Shown: positions 9,083-20,210 of the stretch, in pieces
Numbering within the stretch: position 1 is the stretch's first letter
Layout: the number at the start of each line of letters is the position of its first letter
Assembly (NCBI RefSeq): GCF_002498065.1
Contig: NZ_DAFZ01000109.1
Coordinates: 2,542 to 66,541, forward strand
Direction of reading: 5' to 3'
Length of the DNA: 64,000 bases
Origin: Methanoculleus sp. UBA208
GTDB taxonomy: Archaea; Halobacteriota; Methanomicrobia; Methanomicrobiales; Methanoculleaceae
Translations under genes and position numbers: made by a program
Notes under the pieces: model-generated
Told to the model about the DNA's origin: nothing
Seen by the model: only the letters and a program-made list of their open reading frames with translations
Database searches by the model: none

Positions 9083-10455
9083 GTGAAACCCAACAGAGCC
9101 TTAATAATCATGATCACTCTTTCCATCACAGTTTTTTTGTCGTTTCTGCAGGCTGTACCTCGACCGGTCAGCAATCGCCGGCATCACCTCCCGCCACTGC
9201 GGTTGCCGCACCTGCCGCCGAATGCCCGGCGCTCGTGTTTGCGGATCGGGAATTTGCTTTCGAGCTTCAGCGGACACTTGGCGCCTCGTATTCGGGAGAG
9301 GCCGATATCGGCGAGTGCCTTGCCACTGCGTCCAGGATCAAAGAAGGAGACTTTGAAAGCTGGTACAGCGAATGGAACAGGACCGCGGACAACTTCAGGA
9401 CAGCGGGTGACGAGAGTCTCGCAGCCGGACACAGGGTTACCGCAATGGAAGCATACTGCCGGGCCGCAACGTATTACCGCACGGCCGAGTTCTTCCTGCA
9501 CGGCAACCCCGCCGATCCCCGCATCGTGGAGACATGGGAAAAGAGCCGGGATGCATTCCGCGATGCGCTCTCACTCGACGTCGTCCCGTACGAGATTGTC
9601 GCCATCCCGTACGAGAATACCACGCTGCCGGGTTACTTCTATATGGTCGACGACTCCGGCAAACCCCGGCCGCTGGTCATCGTCCAGACCGGCTTTGACG
9701 GGTGCCAGGAAGAACTCCATCCGTATGCAATGGAGGGGATCAAACGCGGATACAACGTCCTGACGTTCGAAGGGCCGGGCCAGGGCGAAGTGATACGGGT
9801 CCGGCATATCCCGTTCCGCCACGACTGGGAGAACGTGATCGGACCGGTCGTGGACTATGCGGTGAGCCGGCCCGACGTCGACGAAGACCGGGTTGCACTC
9901 CGGGGGATCTCGCTCGGGGGCTACCTCGCCCCCCGCGGTGCCGCATACGAGCCCCGGATCACGGCGCTAATCGCGGATGGAGGCACTTACGATGTCGGAC
10001 TAACTCTCCTCGCGAACCTGCAGGAAGGCGGGGGAGCGAACCTGACGGAAGTTGAGCTGCAGGAGTGGCTGCAGACGGATCCGGTTGAGTTCAACGACGC
10101 CATCCGCGACGCCATGGCACACGATACCGGTATGCGCTGGCTGAACGAGAACGGGATGTACGTCTTTAATGCCGGTTCGCCGGCCCAGTTCTGGGCGAAA
10201 TGGATGGATTTTTCACTTGTCGGAATTGCCGAAGAGATACGGTGCCCCACGCTGGTCTGTGCCGGTGCGGCCGACCACTTCGACCCGGACGGGACCCAGG
10301 CACAGGCACTCTACGACCACCTCACCTGCGAGCGGGAACTTATGGTGTTCTCCGACGACTACGGTGCCGGGTCGCACTGCCAGCTCGGGGCGTTCGCGCA
10401 ATCGTTTGCCGCCAAGTTCGACTGGCTCGACGATAAGATGGGAATGAGCAAATAA
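9083..10455 (+). CDS. Alpha/beta hydrolase (FrsA / 2,6-dihydropseudooxynicotine hydrolase-like), probable lipoprotein; signal peptide frameshifted
   Basis: TGFDG, EGPGQG, nucleophile GISLGG, GSHCQ; signal MKPNRALIIMITLSITVF joins VVSAGC if one T is added to the T7 run at 9132-9138. Confidence 0.8.
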
Positions 10456-10484
10456 TGGGGTCGGTTTTCGGAGTCTCCCGGCAT

Positions 10485-10967
10485 CTACCAGCGAACACGG
10501 TATCCGGCTTTTTTGAGAATATCGATGAGGGCGTCATCCCATTCGGTGCCGGAGAGCCCGCTCAACGTCGGTTGCACCTGTTCCCAGAGCCGGCTGAGTT
10601 CGTCATTGTCCGGGAGGAACGTTGTCTGGTACATCACGCGTCCGGCCCGCTTCCCCTGTGAATCGAGGATGAGAAGACGCCAGCAGCAGTAATCGCGGCA
10701 GATGTCGGGGCGTGTCAGGTGAACCGTACACCACGCCTTTCCCGTCTTCCCGTCGAATCTCAGAAAGGGGCATGCGTCCGGCAGTTCCGCGATGCTGCTC
10801 TCATCCTCGAAGAGGGCGATCTTGTCCGGGTCGACCCGCACCTCCTTCACGTCCCCACTATAGGCATTGTGCACGACAAAGGTGTAGTTGCCGCGCTCTT
10901 CGACTACTGTGTGGACGTTTCGCATGTTGCTGCAGCAGCTGCCGCACTGGCAGCACTTACAGGCGAT
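10485..10967 (-). CDS. YkgJ-family cysteine-cluster protein
   Basis: CKCCQCGSCC upstream of the first ATG (10925), plus CPFL and CTVHLTRPDICRDY; RBS GGAGGGGG precedes ATC at 10967. Confidence 0.8.
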   Translation of the reverse strand: MACKCCQCGSCCSNMRNVHTVVEERGNYTFVVHNAYSGDVKEVRVDPDKIALFEDESSIAELPDACPFLRFDGKTGKAWCTVHLTRPDICRDYCCWRLLILDSQGKRAGRVMYQTTFLPDNDELSRLWEQVQPTLSGLSGTEWDDALIDILKKAGYRVRW

Positions 10968-11479
10968 CGTGACCCCCTCCCCAAACTCCGGGCGATTGGT
11001 GTATCGGCATGCTCATTATCCGGTATTTCTCATCGGGGTCATGAAATACCTGCCGAAGAACGTCCTGGATCGCATCTGCAGCCGGGCAGTTCCGGAGCCG
11101 TCGGAGCAACCCGGGCTTTGGCAGGTTGCCTGGTTCTCGGAAAGAAGAAAAATTCTTTTCGGAAGGATCCATAGCCTGGCGCCTTTGGCTATCCTGACCG
11201 TCCTGGCACTGAACCCCCCTCGATCCGGTTCGGAAGAGTCGAAACTGACCTCTGGCTCACGGTTTGTGTGTATTGAGTAATACACGATCGGATTCTCGAA
11301 CCGAAGACTGCGCTGCATCAAGAAAGATGCAGCAAACGGGAGCCGTTCCTGCGAAATAGAGATTGGGTCTTGTTATTTCGTGAAAATCGAACCCTGCGTG
11401 ATTGGCAGGTCTTTCCGTTACAGTTATTATAGCCTGAGTAAATTCACTTGCATACTTTAAACCGGAGTTTCTTTTTCCG

Positions 11480-12709
11480 ATGTCCACATCCCCAGGTACC
11501 ACGGAGAAGCGAACCAGTCTCACCGGCCGCGACGAGAAGCAGGACAACGCCGCCGAAGTTGAACGACTCATCCGCGAACGGACTGCAGAGATCCGGGAAG
11601 AGAATGACGTGCTTCGGCGGGAGAACGCAGAACTCCGCCAGATCGAGATGATCTACGCCTCGGCGCCGGTCGGTCTGTGTCTGCTCGGCACGGATACCCG
11701 GTACCTGCATGTCAATCAACGGTTCGCAGAGATGGACGGGTTTTCCGTCGAGGAGCACATCGGCAAGAGAGTCCGCGAGCTGGTGCCGGACCTTGCGGAT
11801 GCGGCTGAAGAGCTCGCCCGGGCGGTTGTTGCGACGGGGAAACCCGCGCTTGATATTGAGGTACAGGGGGAAACACCGGCACAACCCGGGGAGCAGAGGT
11901 ACTGGAACGAGTCCTGGCGGCCGGTAACCGATAGTCAGGGGCGCGTCCTCGCGATCAGCATCGTCGCCGAGGACATCACCGAGCGGAAGCGGGCCGAGGA
12001 AGCGTTTCAGCGATATGCCAAGAATCTGGGCCTGCTCCACCACGATCTGGAGATATCGAACCGGGAGGCGAACCTCTACCTGGACATCCTTACCCACGAT
12101 ATCGGCAATACCGAGAACGTCTCGAACCTCTACGCCGACCTGCTCATCGAGTCCCTTGACGGAGAGGCAGCCGGATACGCGAAAAAACTGCAGCGCAGCA
12201 TCCGGAAGAGCATAGAGATCCTGGGCACCGTCTCTACCATCCGCCGGATCCATCGGACAAAAACCGAGCTCAAACCAACCGACCTTGATGCAGCAGTCCG
12301 GGGAGTGATGGAAGACTATCGCACGAGTATCTTCCTCTATAACGGGGCAAATTACCAGGTCCAGGCGGACGATCTTCTCCCTGTGGTCTTTGACAACCTT
12401 ATCGGCAACGCAGTCAAGTTCGGCGGTCCTGACGTCGAGATCGCCATCCGGATTGAAGAGGATGATGGGTTCGTCCAGGTATCTATCGAGGATACCGGTC
12501 CCGGTGTCCCGGATGATGATAAAAATGAGATCTTCCACTGTTATGAAATGAAGAAACGGGGCGTCGGCAAGGGACTTGGACTCTATTTGGTGAAGATCCT
12601 GGTCGAGCGATACGGCGGGACGATCTGGGCCGAGGACCGGGTGCCGGGCCGCCCGGATGAAGGCGCGGCGTTCAAGTTCACACTGAAACCTGCCTCGCAA
12701 ACCCGTTGA
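11480..12709 (+). CDS. PAS-domain sensor histidine kinase
   Basis: PAS/PAC, H-box ILTHDIGN, N-box NLIGNAVKF, G-boxes DTGPGV and GLGLYL. Confidence 0.92.
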   Translation: MSTSPGTTEKRTSLTGRDEKQDNAAEVERLIRERTAEIREENDVLRRENAELRQIEMIYASAPVGLCLLGTDTRYLHVNQRFAEMDGFSVEEHIGKRVRELVPDLADAAEELARAVVATGKPALDIEVQGETPAQPGEQRYWNESWRPVTDSQGRVLAISIVAEDITERKRAEEAFQRYAKNLGLLHHDLEISNREANLYLDILTHDIGNTENVSNLYADLLIESLDGEAAGYAKKLQRSIRKSIEILGTVSTIRRIHRTKTELKPTDLDAAVRGVMEDYRTSIFLYNGANYQVQADDLLPVVFDNLIGNAVKFGGPDVEIAIRIEEDDGFVQVSIEDTGPGVPDDDKNEIFHCYEMKKRGVGKGLGLYLVKILVERYGGTIWAEDRVPGRPDEGAAFKFTLKPASQTR

Positions 12710-13022
12710 GCAGGCTAGGCAAACGGTTGATGCCGGCATGATATCCACACCCCAACACCAGAGGGATTCTAACTTGACCTTCGGCTCCCACATTTCTGTC
12801 TGTTATCTATAACCCAAAACCCGCATGCGGGATTATAGGTATCTCGAAAAAATGCAACCGATGATCTACGATTGACAGATCAATTGAACGATTTCAGATG
12901 GTCCCGAGCCACCGTCTCCGCACCAGCAGAAGGAGAGCCAGATCGGGATCGGTGCCGGCTTTGCGGGACGTCCGCCTCGAGCGTGGTCTCGGGCACGGCC
13001 GCCGTCGCCGTGATCCCGGCGC

Positions 13023-15950
13023 TCACACCGGCTCGTGCCGCTGGAGGAAGTCGCGGATCTTTCTCGATTCCATCCACCCGATGTCCAGCTGCCGTATGAT
13101 GTCGTTGATCCGGTCGACCTGGTCGCGAATGATATCCATCTCCTTCCCGCCCCCGGAGAGTTCCACCATGCCGAGGATCACCTGCAGGGGCTGGCGGACA
13201 TGATCCCCGAGGATCGCGAACTGCTCGATGTTCTGCTGGATCTGCTCGTAGGCCTGTCGCCGCATGATGTCCTCCTTCACCTGGGCGGTGATATCCTGGA
13301 TGAGCACGACGTAGCCGCCCGGGGGCGCCCTCTCCTTCTGCCGTATCCTCGTGATGAGCACCTCCAGGTACCGGGTCCCGGAACGCGACGTGGCGTAGAG
13401 GTTCTGCCGTTTCACCAGTTCGAAATCGAACTCCGACGTGTAGTGGACGGTTTCGCCGCTCTTGAGCCGGGCCAGCTCCTGTTTGGGGATGTTGGGGTCT
13501 GAAAACAGATTGAAGCCCGCGAGTTCGTCCCGGTCGAGGACGCCGAATATCCTGAGGGCGGCGGGGTTGATGTCGATGAGGTCTCCTGCCGCGTCGTAGT
13601 ACTCGATTCCGATGGGAGACTCATTAAAAATGCTTCTGAACCGCTCTTCGCTCTCCCGCAGGGCCTCTTCGATCTGTTTACGCTCGGAGATATCCTCCAC
13701 CATGCTGATGGCACGCAACGGTTTCCCGACGGGATCGCGGATGAACGTGATGGTTAAACGCCCCCAGACGACCCGGCCGTCCTTCCTGATATACCGCTTC
13801 TCGAGCTGGACGCCGCGTTCTCTCCCTTCAGCCATCAATTCGTAGAGTGCCAGGGTCGGGGGGAGATCCTCCGGATGCGTGATATCGGTGATGCTCCGGC
13901 CGGCAAGCTCCTCCGCGCTGTAGCCCAGCATCCGGTTGAGGGTTGCGTTGCTCCTGACGATAACGCCGTTTTGGTCGGCGATCAGGATCCCGATTCCTGC
14001 CTCCTCGAATATCCGCCGGAACCGCTCTTCGCTCTCGCGGAGCTCCTGCTCTACCCGCTTCTGTCCGGATAGGTCCGCCATGTTGAAGACGCGCAGGATG
14101 ACCCGGCCACGGCTGTCATAGATCGGGACGGCGCTGTAACGGATGTATTTCTGTTCCCGGTTCTCGCGCTTGATGAGGATTGCGTCGTATTCGCGGACGT
14201 CTTCGCCACGCATTGCCCTGGACGTCGGCCAGTCCTCCAGCGGCATCGGCCGCCCGTCGGGATAGCGCAGCTCGAACTCCTCCACGTACCTGTCGAGCTC
14301 CGCAAACATCCCGGCTTCCGACGAAAAGCCGTGAATCCGCAGTCCTTCCGCGTTCATCGACAGCGTGGTTCCTTCCGGATCGGTGATGCCGATGCCGACG
14401 TTGACGTTGTCGATCACGGCTCGCAGCTTGTCACGCTCCAGGAGCAGGGCCTCTTCCACCTTCTTCTGAGCGGTGATATCGTAGACCGTTCCCTGCAGGT
14501 GAGCCGGGACTTCCTCAGTGCCGGGGACGTTCTGGATCATCTCGCGGAGCCAGCGGACCTCCCCGTCCTTTCTAATGATCCGGTACTCTCGTTCGGTCGC
14601 ATAACCGGGGACGGTCCGCACACTCTGTGAGGTCCCGGCGAGGCGCGGGCGATCGTCGGGATGGATTATCCGATACCAGTGCCGTCGATCCCGGAGGAAA
14701 TCCTCACTTGAATAGCCGGTGATCTCCTCGACCGAGCCATAGATGAAGGTGGGGCCGAATTCGAGGTCGGTCCGGAACGCAATCCCCTGGAAGTTCTGAA
14801 GGAAGAGGCGATACCGCTCCTCGCTCTCCCGCAACGCCTCTTCCATCTGTTTTCGCTCCGTGACGTCCCGTGCGATGCCTTCGATGGCGATGAGCAGCCC
14901 CTTCTCATCGCGGATGGGGACGTTCTGCGATTCAACCCAGATTACTGTCCCGTCTTTTCGGAGCCATCTGAGCATGAGCGGCCTGTCCGGAGCGAACTCT
15001 CCTCGAAAAACCGCTTCCAGGAGCGGCAGATCGTCGGGATGGATAAAACGCAACGCGATCTCCGGATCCGCATAGACCTCTTCGGGGGTATAGCTGGCGA
15101 TCCGCGTAACGGCCGGGCTGATGTAGGAGAAACGGCGAACGGGCGCAAGCTCGATCCGATAGACGATGTCGCGGGCGTTGCGCAGCATGAGGTTCAGCGT
15201 ATCCGTGCCCGGCCGGCATTCCTCTTCTGCCCGCTCGACCGCCGTGCCTGAGATGCCGACGATCCTTCCGTCGGCATCCCGGAGCGGCTCCAGCGTCATA
15301 TCCAGGACGTGCCGCGTGCCGCCGGAGGTGACCGTCACCTCCTGGCGCAGCACCTCCCCGGTCTCCAGCACCCGGCGCTTGAGCGAGGCCAGCCTGCCGG
15401 CGTCCTCGGGCCCGAAGAGATCGGCGTCGGTCCGGCCGACCACTTCCGTATCGGAGAGTCCGGACTTCCGGTTGTGCGACCAGATGTAGCGCAGGTCCCT
15501 GTCCTGGACAAAGACGACGACCGGGGAGTGGTCGAGGCAGGCCCGGAAGAACCGGGCGGCCGTATCACCGGCGCTGTCGTGGAAACGGAGGATCCTGTAC
15601 CCGGTCCCTGCATACGTCGCATTCGGGTCATAGACAAGGGAGAACCAGCGAAGGTCCCCGGAGCGCTCCCTGACCCGTATCGGCGACCGCTGGATGCTCC
15701 TGTCGTTCTGCAGGTCCCCGGCGACCTCCTGCAGGGATGCCGTATCCGGCGACAGCGGCGTCACGTGCCTGCGTATGAAGTCTGAAGCACTCGCCCCTCT
15801 TCCCTCCTCCGGGGTCACGCCCAGGAGAACGGAGAGTGCCCTGTTGAGCCGGACCACCGTCCGGTCCTCATCGAACACAAGGACCCCGTCGGCTTCTCCG
15901 TCGAGAGCGGTGAGAAGACGCTGTTCTTCGGTCTGCTGCCTGGAAGTCAT
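13023..15950 (-). CDS. Multi-PAS sensor protein with HisKA-like C-terminus and no HATPase domain
   Basis: Repeated PAS-PAC units (DITERK/ESEER); ends in LGDHVRQPLQVILG. Confidence 0.88.
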   Translation of the reverse strand: MTSRQQTEEQRLLTALDGEADGVLVFDEDRTVVRLNRALSVLLGVTPEEGRGASASDFIRRHVTPLSPDTASLQEVAGDLQNDRSIQRSPIRVRERSGDLRWFSLVYDPNATYAGTGYRILRFHDSAGDTAARFFRACLDHSPVVVFVQDRDLRYIWSHNRKSGLSDTEVVGRTDADLFGPEDAGRLASLKRRVLETGEVLRQEVTVTSGGTRHVLDMTLEPLRDADGRIVGISGTAVERAEEECRPGTDTLNLMLRNARDIVYRIELAPVRRFSYISPAVTRIASYTPEEVYADPEIALRFIHPDDLPLLEAVFRGEFAPDRPLMLRWLRKDGTVIWVESQNVPIRDEKGLLIAIEGIARDVTERKQMEEALRESEERYRLFLQNFQGIAFRTDLEFGPTFIYGSVEEITGYSSEDFLRDRRHWYRIIHPDDRPRLAGTSQSVRTVPGYATEREYRIIRKDGEVRWLREMIQNVPGTEEVPAHLQGTVYDITAQKKVEEALLLERDKLRAVIDNVNVGIGITDPEGTTLSMNAEGLRIHGFSSEAGMFAELDRYVEEFELRYPDGRPMPLEDWPTSRAMRGEDVREYDAILIKRENREQKYIRYSAVPIYDSRGRVILRVFNMADLSGQKRVEQELRESEERFRRIFEEAGIGILIADQNGVIVRSNATLNRMLGYSAEELAGRSITDITHPEDLPPTLALYELMAEGRERGVQLEKRYIRKDGRVVWGRLTITFIRDPVGKPLRAISMVEDISERKQIEEALRESEERFRSIFNESPIGIEYYDAAGDLIDINPAALRIFGVLDRDELAGFNLFSDPNIPKQELARLKSGETVHYTSEFDFELVKRQNLYATSRSGTRYLEVLITRIRQKERAPPGGYVVLIQDITAQVKEDIMRRQAYEQIQQNIEQFAILGDHVRQPLQVILGMVELSGGGKEMDIIRDQVDRINDIIRQLDIGWMESRKIRDFLQRHEPV

Positions 15951-16013
15951 TGTTCCCCTATCACGCAAGTTGCATTGCTCTCCGATCGACTGCTTCCGGC
16001 GGGGACTCCCTGA

Positions 16014-19000
16014 TCATTCCGCGACCTCCTTGAGCGTGAACCGGAACGCAGCGCCCGCTTCCGTGGTGCCGGGCACCCGATCCTCGACCCAGATACGCCC
16101 GCCGTAACGCTCCAGGAGCGTGCGGCAGATGTAGAGGCCGAGCCCCTCCCCCCGTGCCCGGGTCCGCCCTCGTTCGAACCGGCGGAAGATCGACTCCTTC
16201 AGTTCGTCGGGAACGCCGGGGCCGGTGTCGGCCACGGTGACGACGATGCTGCCGTCGAGCGTCTCGGCCGAGATAGTAATAACGACGTCGGGGCCGCCGA
16301 ACTTGACGGCATTCCCGATGAGATTGTGGAAGACTTCGGCAAGGAGATCGTCCGCCCAGACCGTGCGAGAGACTCCTTCATACCCGATCCCGGCTTCGGG
16401 GAAGTTCTTTTGTTCGCTGACGATCACGCCGTGAAGGTCGATCGGCTTCAGCGGCGCATGTTCCTGATGAATTTTGCGGATCATTGCAACATTCGCCAGA
16501 ATCTCCGTGCTTTTATCGATACTCCCCTTCATCTTCCGGACATATGTTTTGGGTTCCCCTTCGAGGATCTGCATCAGCAGGTCAGTGTACAGGATGGTGA
16601 CGCAGTTGGCGTTCCTGATGTCGTGCGTGAGGATGTCCAGGTACAGGTTCGCTTCGCGGTTTGCCGCCTCCAGCTGCTTATACAGCGTTCCGCGCAGGAT
16701 GCCGGCCCCGATCTCCTTGCTGATCGCCTCCATGAGCCATCGGGCGTCCGGGGGCACCCGCTCTCCTGCCGAACTCCCGATTGCCAGCGCTCCCATGATT
16801 CTCGACTCGGCCATGAGCGGAATCCAGGTGAGGGCGGAAACCCCGAAAACGTCCAGAATAGCCTTCTCCGCTTCATCCGTCTGTGCCCCGGCGGGGATGG
16901 AGAGATGTCTGCCTGCAACGAAGACCTTGTTGAAGGGGCGCTGGAATATATCGAGGGTCTTCAACCCGATTGATCGCTCCATGCCCCGCTGGCTCGCGAG
17001 AGTCGCAATGTTCAGTTCCCGGTCCAGCAGGTAGATGGCGCCGATATCGAAGTTCAGGAGGGCGAGGGAGGTATCGAGCGCGGACTCGACCAGCTCGTCG
17101 AGCGTGAGAGCCGATGCCGAGACGCCGATCAGCCGGTTCAGCATGGAGAGCTCCGAGCCCCGGCGCTGTATGGCCTCCTGTGCCTGCTTGCGCTCAGAGA
17201 TGTCACGGAAGACGACCATAATCGACGGTTGCCCATCGTAGAGTATGGGGGCCGCCGTGACCTCGACCCAGATGACCCGGCCTTCGACGGTCAGGCTCAC
17301 CTCTTCGAATACCGGGATACCTGTGCCCTCCTGCAGCATCCGGCGGATCCGTTCGGCGACGAAACCCTGGTAATCGGGGTGGACGAACATACCAAGCGGC
17401 TTGCCTACGACGTCTTCAGGCCCCTTCCCCCCTGCAATCCGGATGCCGGCAGGATTCACGTAGACGATGTTGCCGTCGGTCCGGTGAACGACGACGGCCT
17501 CCGGCATGAGTTCGACGAGGGTGCGGTAGCGCTCCTCGCTCTCGCGCAGAGCCTCCTCTGCCCTTTTCTGCTCCGTGATGTCGCGTGCCGCAGCAAAGAC
17601 GCCTGCGACCCTCCCTTCTTCGTCGCGGTAGACGGAGGCGTTATAGAGCACCGGAATCGTATGCCCGTCGCGATGCCGGATCTCCAGCGGGTAGTCCCGC
17701 ACCTGCCCTTCCGCAAAGACCCTCCGGTATCCCGCCTTTGCGCCAGGAGGATCGGTGAAGTAATCGGAGAAGTCCGTTCCTATCAGCTCTTCGCGTGCAT
17801 AGCCTGTCGCCTGCTCGGTGGCAGTATTGACGTCGGTGATCCTTCCGTCGGGGCCGATGGCGGCGAGCGGGTCGGGATTGGCTTCGATGAGGCTCCTGTT
17901 GTAGGCGTTTGCTGCTTTGAGCCCCTCTTCCGCCTGCTTCTGCTCGGTGATATCGATCCCCGACCCCATCGCAGAGAGCGGTTTCCCTTCCTCATCGGTG
18001 ACCATGGAGAGGGCAAGTTGCATGGGGAAGGTCGACCCGTCCCGGCGTCGCCCCTCGGTCTCCCCGGACCAGGTGCCGACCCGGAGGAACTCGTCTATGA
18101 TCCGGTTTGCCTCCGCCGGGTCGGCCCAGAGCACCGATGTCGGCTGCCCGAGAATCTCGTCCTCCCGCTCCCACCCGTGTATGGCGAGGAAGGCGCGGTT
18201 GACATAGATGATCCTCCCGTCGAGACCGACGAGGGAGATGGCGTCGAGCGACGATGCTATCGCCATATCCTTGATCCTGAGCTCCTGCTCGGCCCGCTTG
18301 CGCTCGGTGATATCCTGCGCGAACTCGATGAGACCGATAAGCTCCCCGTTCTCGTCGGTGACGGGATGCCCCCGGAGGAAGAAGACCCTCCCGTCGGGAG
18401 TGGCGATCTCGGTTTCCTGGGGCTGCCCGGTCTCCCGGGCAATAACGACAGGGCATATGTCGCAGACACCTGTACGGTTGTGCCATATCTCGTAGCATCG
18501 ATGCCCGACCAGGTCCTCCGGTTCCCTGCCGAGGAACGCGGCGGCGGCGCGGTTGACCCAGAGCACCCTGAGATCCGTGTCATAGTAGGCGAACATCTCG
18601 GCCGTCGAGTCGAGAATCAGGCCCTTCTCCCGTTCTGACCGCCGCAGGGCCTCTTCGGTCCGCTTTCGCTCCGTGATGTCCCACGCGTTTATCACAAAGC
18701 CCCTGATGTGAGGATCGTCAAGGAGGTTGGTCACGATTGCCTCGATCACGTGCGTGCCGCGCGGGCCCCTGAAGCGGACCTCGAGCTGCCCGCTCCCCCC
18801 CGGGCTCTCTGCCAGGGTCGATACCATCTCCTCCACCCGCGGCAGATCCTCGGGCTGGATCATATCGAACGCATGCTTCCCGATCAGCGTATCGGGCGCA
18901 AAGCCGTCCAACCGCTCGATAGGCGGGCTCGCAAACCGGATCGTTAACTGATCGTCGATAATGAGGATGAATTCGGAGCCCTTCTCGATGAGGGCCCGGA

Positions 19001-19127
19001 ACGTCTTTTCGCTCTCTCGCAGGTCGGCCTCCGCCCGGTGCCGCTGGAGAGCGATCGAAGCAAGGCTCCGGAAGACCTCGACGGCCCGGAAATTGACCTC
19101 TCCACCCTCCCGCCGGGTGAGTATCAC
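16014..19127 (-). CDS. PAS/GAF sensor histidine kinase (C-terminal part of a split gene)
   Basis: Five PAS domains, GAF, ILTHDIRN, NAVKF, DTGPG, GLGLY; in frame with the upstream ORF across TAG 19152-19154. Confidence 0.88.
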   Translation of the reverse strand: MILTRREGGEVNFRAVEVFRSLASIALQRHRAEADLRESEKTFRALIEKGSEFILIIDDQLTIRFASPPIERLDGFAPDTLIGKHAFDMIQPEDLPRVEEMVSTLAESPGGSGQLEVRFRGPRGTHVIEAIVTNLLDDPHIRGFVINAWDITERKRTEEALRRSEREKGLILDSTAEMFAYYDTDLRVLWVNRAAAAFLGREPEDLVGHRCYEIWHNRTGVCDICPVVIARETGQPQETEIATPDGRVFFLRGHPVTDENGELIGLIEFAQDITERKRAEQELRIKDMAIASSLDAISLVGLDGRIIYVNRAFLAIHGWEREDEILGQPTSVLWADPAEANRIIDEFLRVGTWSGETEGRRRDGSTFPMQLALSMVTDEEGKPLSAMGSGIDITEQKQAEEGLKAANAYNRSLIEANPDPLAAIGPDGRITDVNTATEQATGYAREELIGTDFSDYFTDPPGAKAGYRRVFAEGQVRDYPLEIRHRDGHTIPVLYNASVYRDEEGRVAGVFAAARDITEQKRAEEALRESEERYRTLVELMPEAVVVHRTDGNIVYVNPAGIRIAGGKGPEDVVGKPLGMFVHPDYQGFVAERIRRMLQEGTGIPVFEEVSLTVEGRVIWVEVTAAPILYDGQPSIMVVFRDISERKQAQEAIQRRGSELSMLNRLIGVSASALTLDELVESALDTSLALLNFDIGAIYLLDRELNIATLASQRGMERSIGLKTLDIFQRPFNKVFVAGRHLSIPAGAQTDEAEKAILDVFGVSALTWIPLMAESRIMGALAIGSSAGERVPPDARWLMEAISKEIGAGILRGTLYKQLEAANREANLYLDILTHDIRNANCVTILYTDLLMQILEGEPKTYVRKMKGSIDKSTEILANVAMIRKIHQEHAPLKPIDLHGVIVSEQKNFPEAGIGYEGVSRTVWADDLLAEVFHNLIGNAVKFGGPDVVITISAETLDGSIVVTVADTGPGVPDELKESIFRRFERGRTRARGEGLGLYICRTLLERYGGRIWVEDRVPGTTEAGAAFRFTLKEVAE

Positions 19128-19151
19128 GGCCGACCCGAAGATTTCGCCTTT

Positions 19152-19961
19152 CTAGGTGAACGGGATGCAGTACATTGCCCCAAGACCGGCAATATCCTCG
19201 AATTTACGGCAGATCTCCCGGGAGATCTGCCCGAGGGCGACTTCCTGCAGCCCTCCTTTCACCTCCTCGATCTCGCCGCGGGTCATGATCGCCCGGATAT
19301 GCGGTGGGATTTCGAGCGAGATCCCGGTGAGGTCCTCCCCGAAGGTCTCGATGATCTCCGGCAGGAACGGCTCGATGCCGAAGAACGCTCGCGGGTTCAG
19401 GGTGCCCGCCCGGATATCGGCGGCGCTCACGATGACGACGGCACCGGGCGCGAGTTCGTGGAGGTAGGCGCCGATTGCGGAGAAGACGTCGGCCTCGGGC
19501 GGCATCGCAGCAAGTTCCGTCGCCGCCCGGGAGAGGAAGGCCTGATCGCCCGATCTCCGCCGCACCTCTCCTTCGGCGGCCTCCCGGCGGGTGACGTCGC
19601 GGAACCGGACGAGCCAGTCCCCGGTCGCTTCCACCTGCCTGGAGGAGAAGGCATACCACCTCTCCCGGCAGGCCGAGGATACCCTGGCCGTGATCTCCCC
19701 GGACTCGGTGCGGTTCTGCAGCAGCGAGAGGATCCGCTCCCTCTGGTCCCCGTCCGCTTCCGGAAGGATTCGGTCGGCGACGATGCGGGCCGCATCCGCA
19801 CCGCGGGCGTCATCGGCGGAGATCCCGGCGAGGCGCTCCATGGAAGGGGTGATGGTGCGGATGTTCATGTTGGAATCGGCGAGGATGACGGCATCTTCCG
19901 TGGCTTCCAGTATCTGCAGTATCTCGGGTCGCACCTCCATGTCCGGCTCAGTGATCCGCAT
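19152..19961 (-). pseudogene. N-terminal PAS/GAF part of the same kinase, cut by an in-frame TAG
   Basis: Reads ...YCIPFT*KGEIFGSAVILTRR..., continuous in frame with 16014..19127. Confidence 0.7.
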
Positions 19962-20210
19962 ACGGCCCAGCCCCGCCCGCAGGATCGTCATCGGCAGGGA
20001 GTTCCTCGTGCAGGGTTCTCCACGGGGATAACGTCATAGAAAGTATATAATAGTCTGTCTGCCGGCCCGTCCGGGCAGCCAGCCCACCCTTTTTGTGCGC
20101 CGGGGAGATCTCGATACGGCAAGACCTTTGGGCTCCGTCCAGGCATGTGCGGGAACGGCTGGAATAATGGGAGGACTTGAAAGCGGAGGGAATATAACCC
20201 AAGAAGTAAA

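Noticed and set aside
2829..19154. Two in-frame TAG codons suggesting pyrrolysine or amber recoding
   Set aside because: TAG is the ordinary stop of intact genes here (PIN, HEAT, 24121..24513); both sites are one substitution from CAG or TGG; the transporter has a second lesion; no pyl genes in the window
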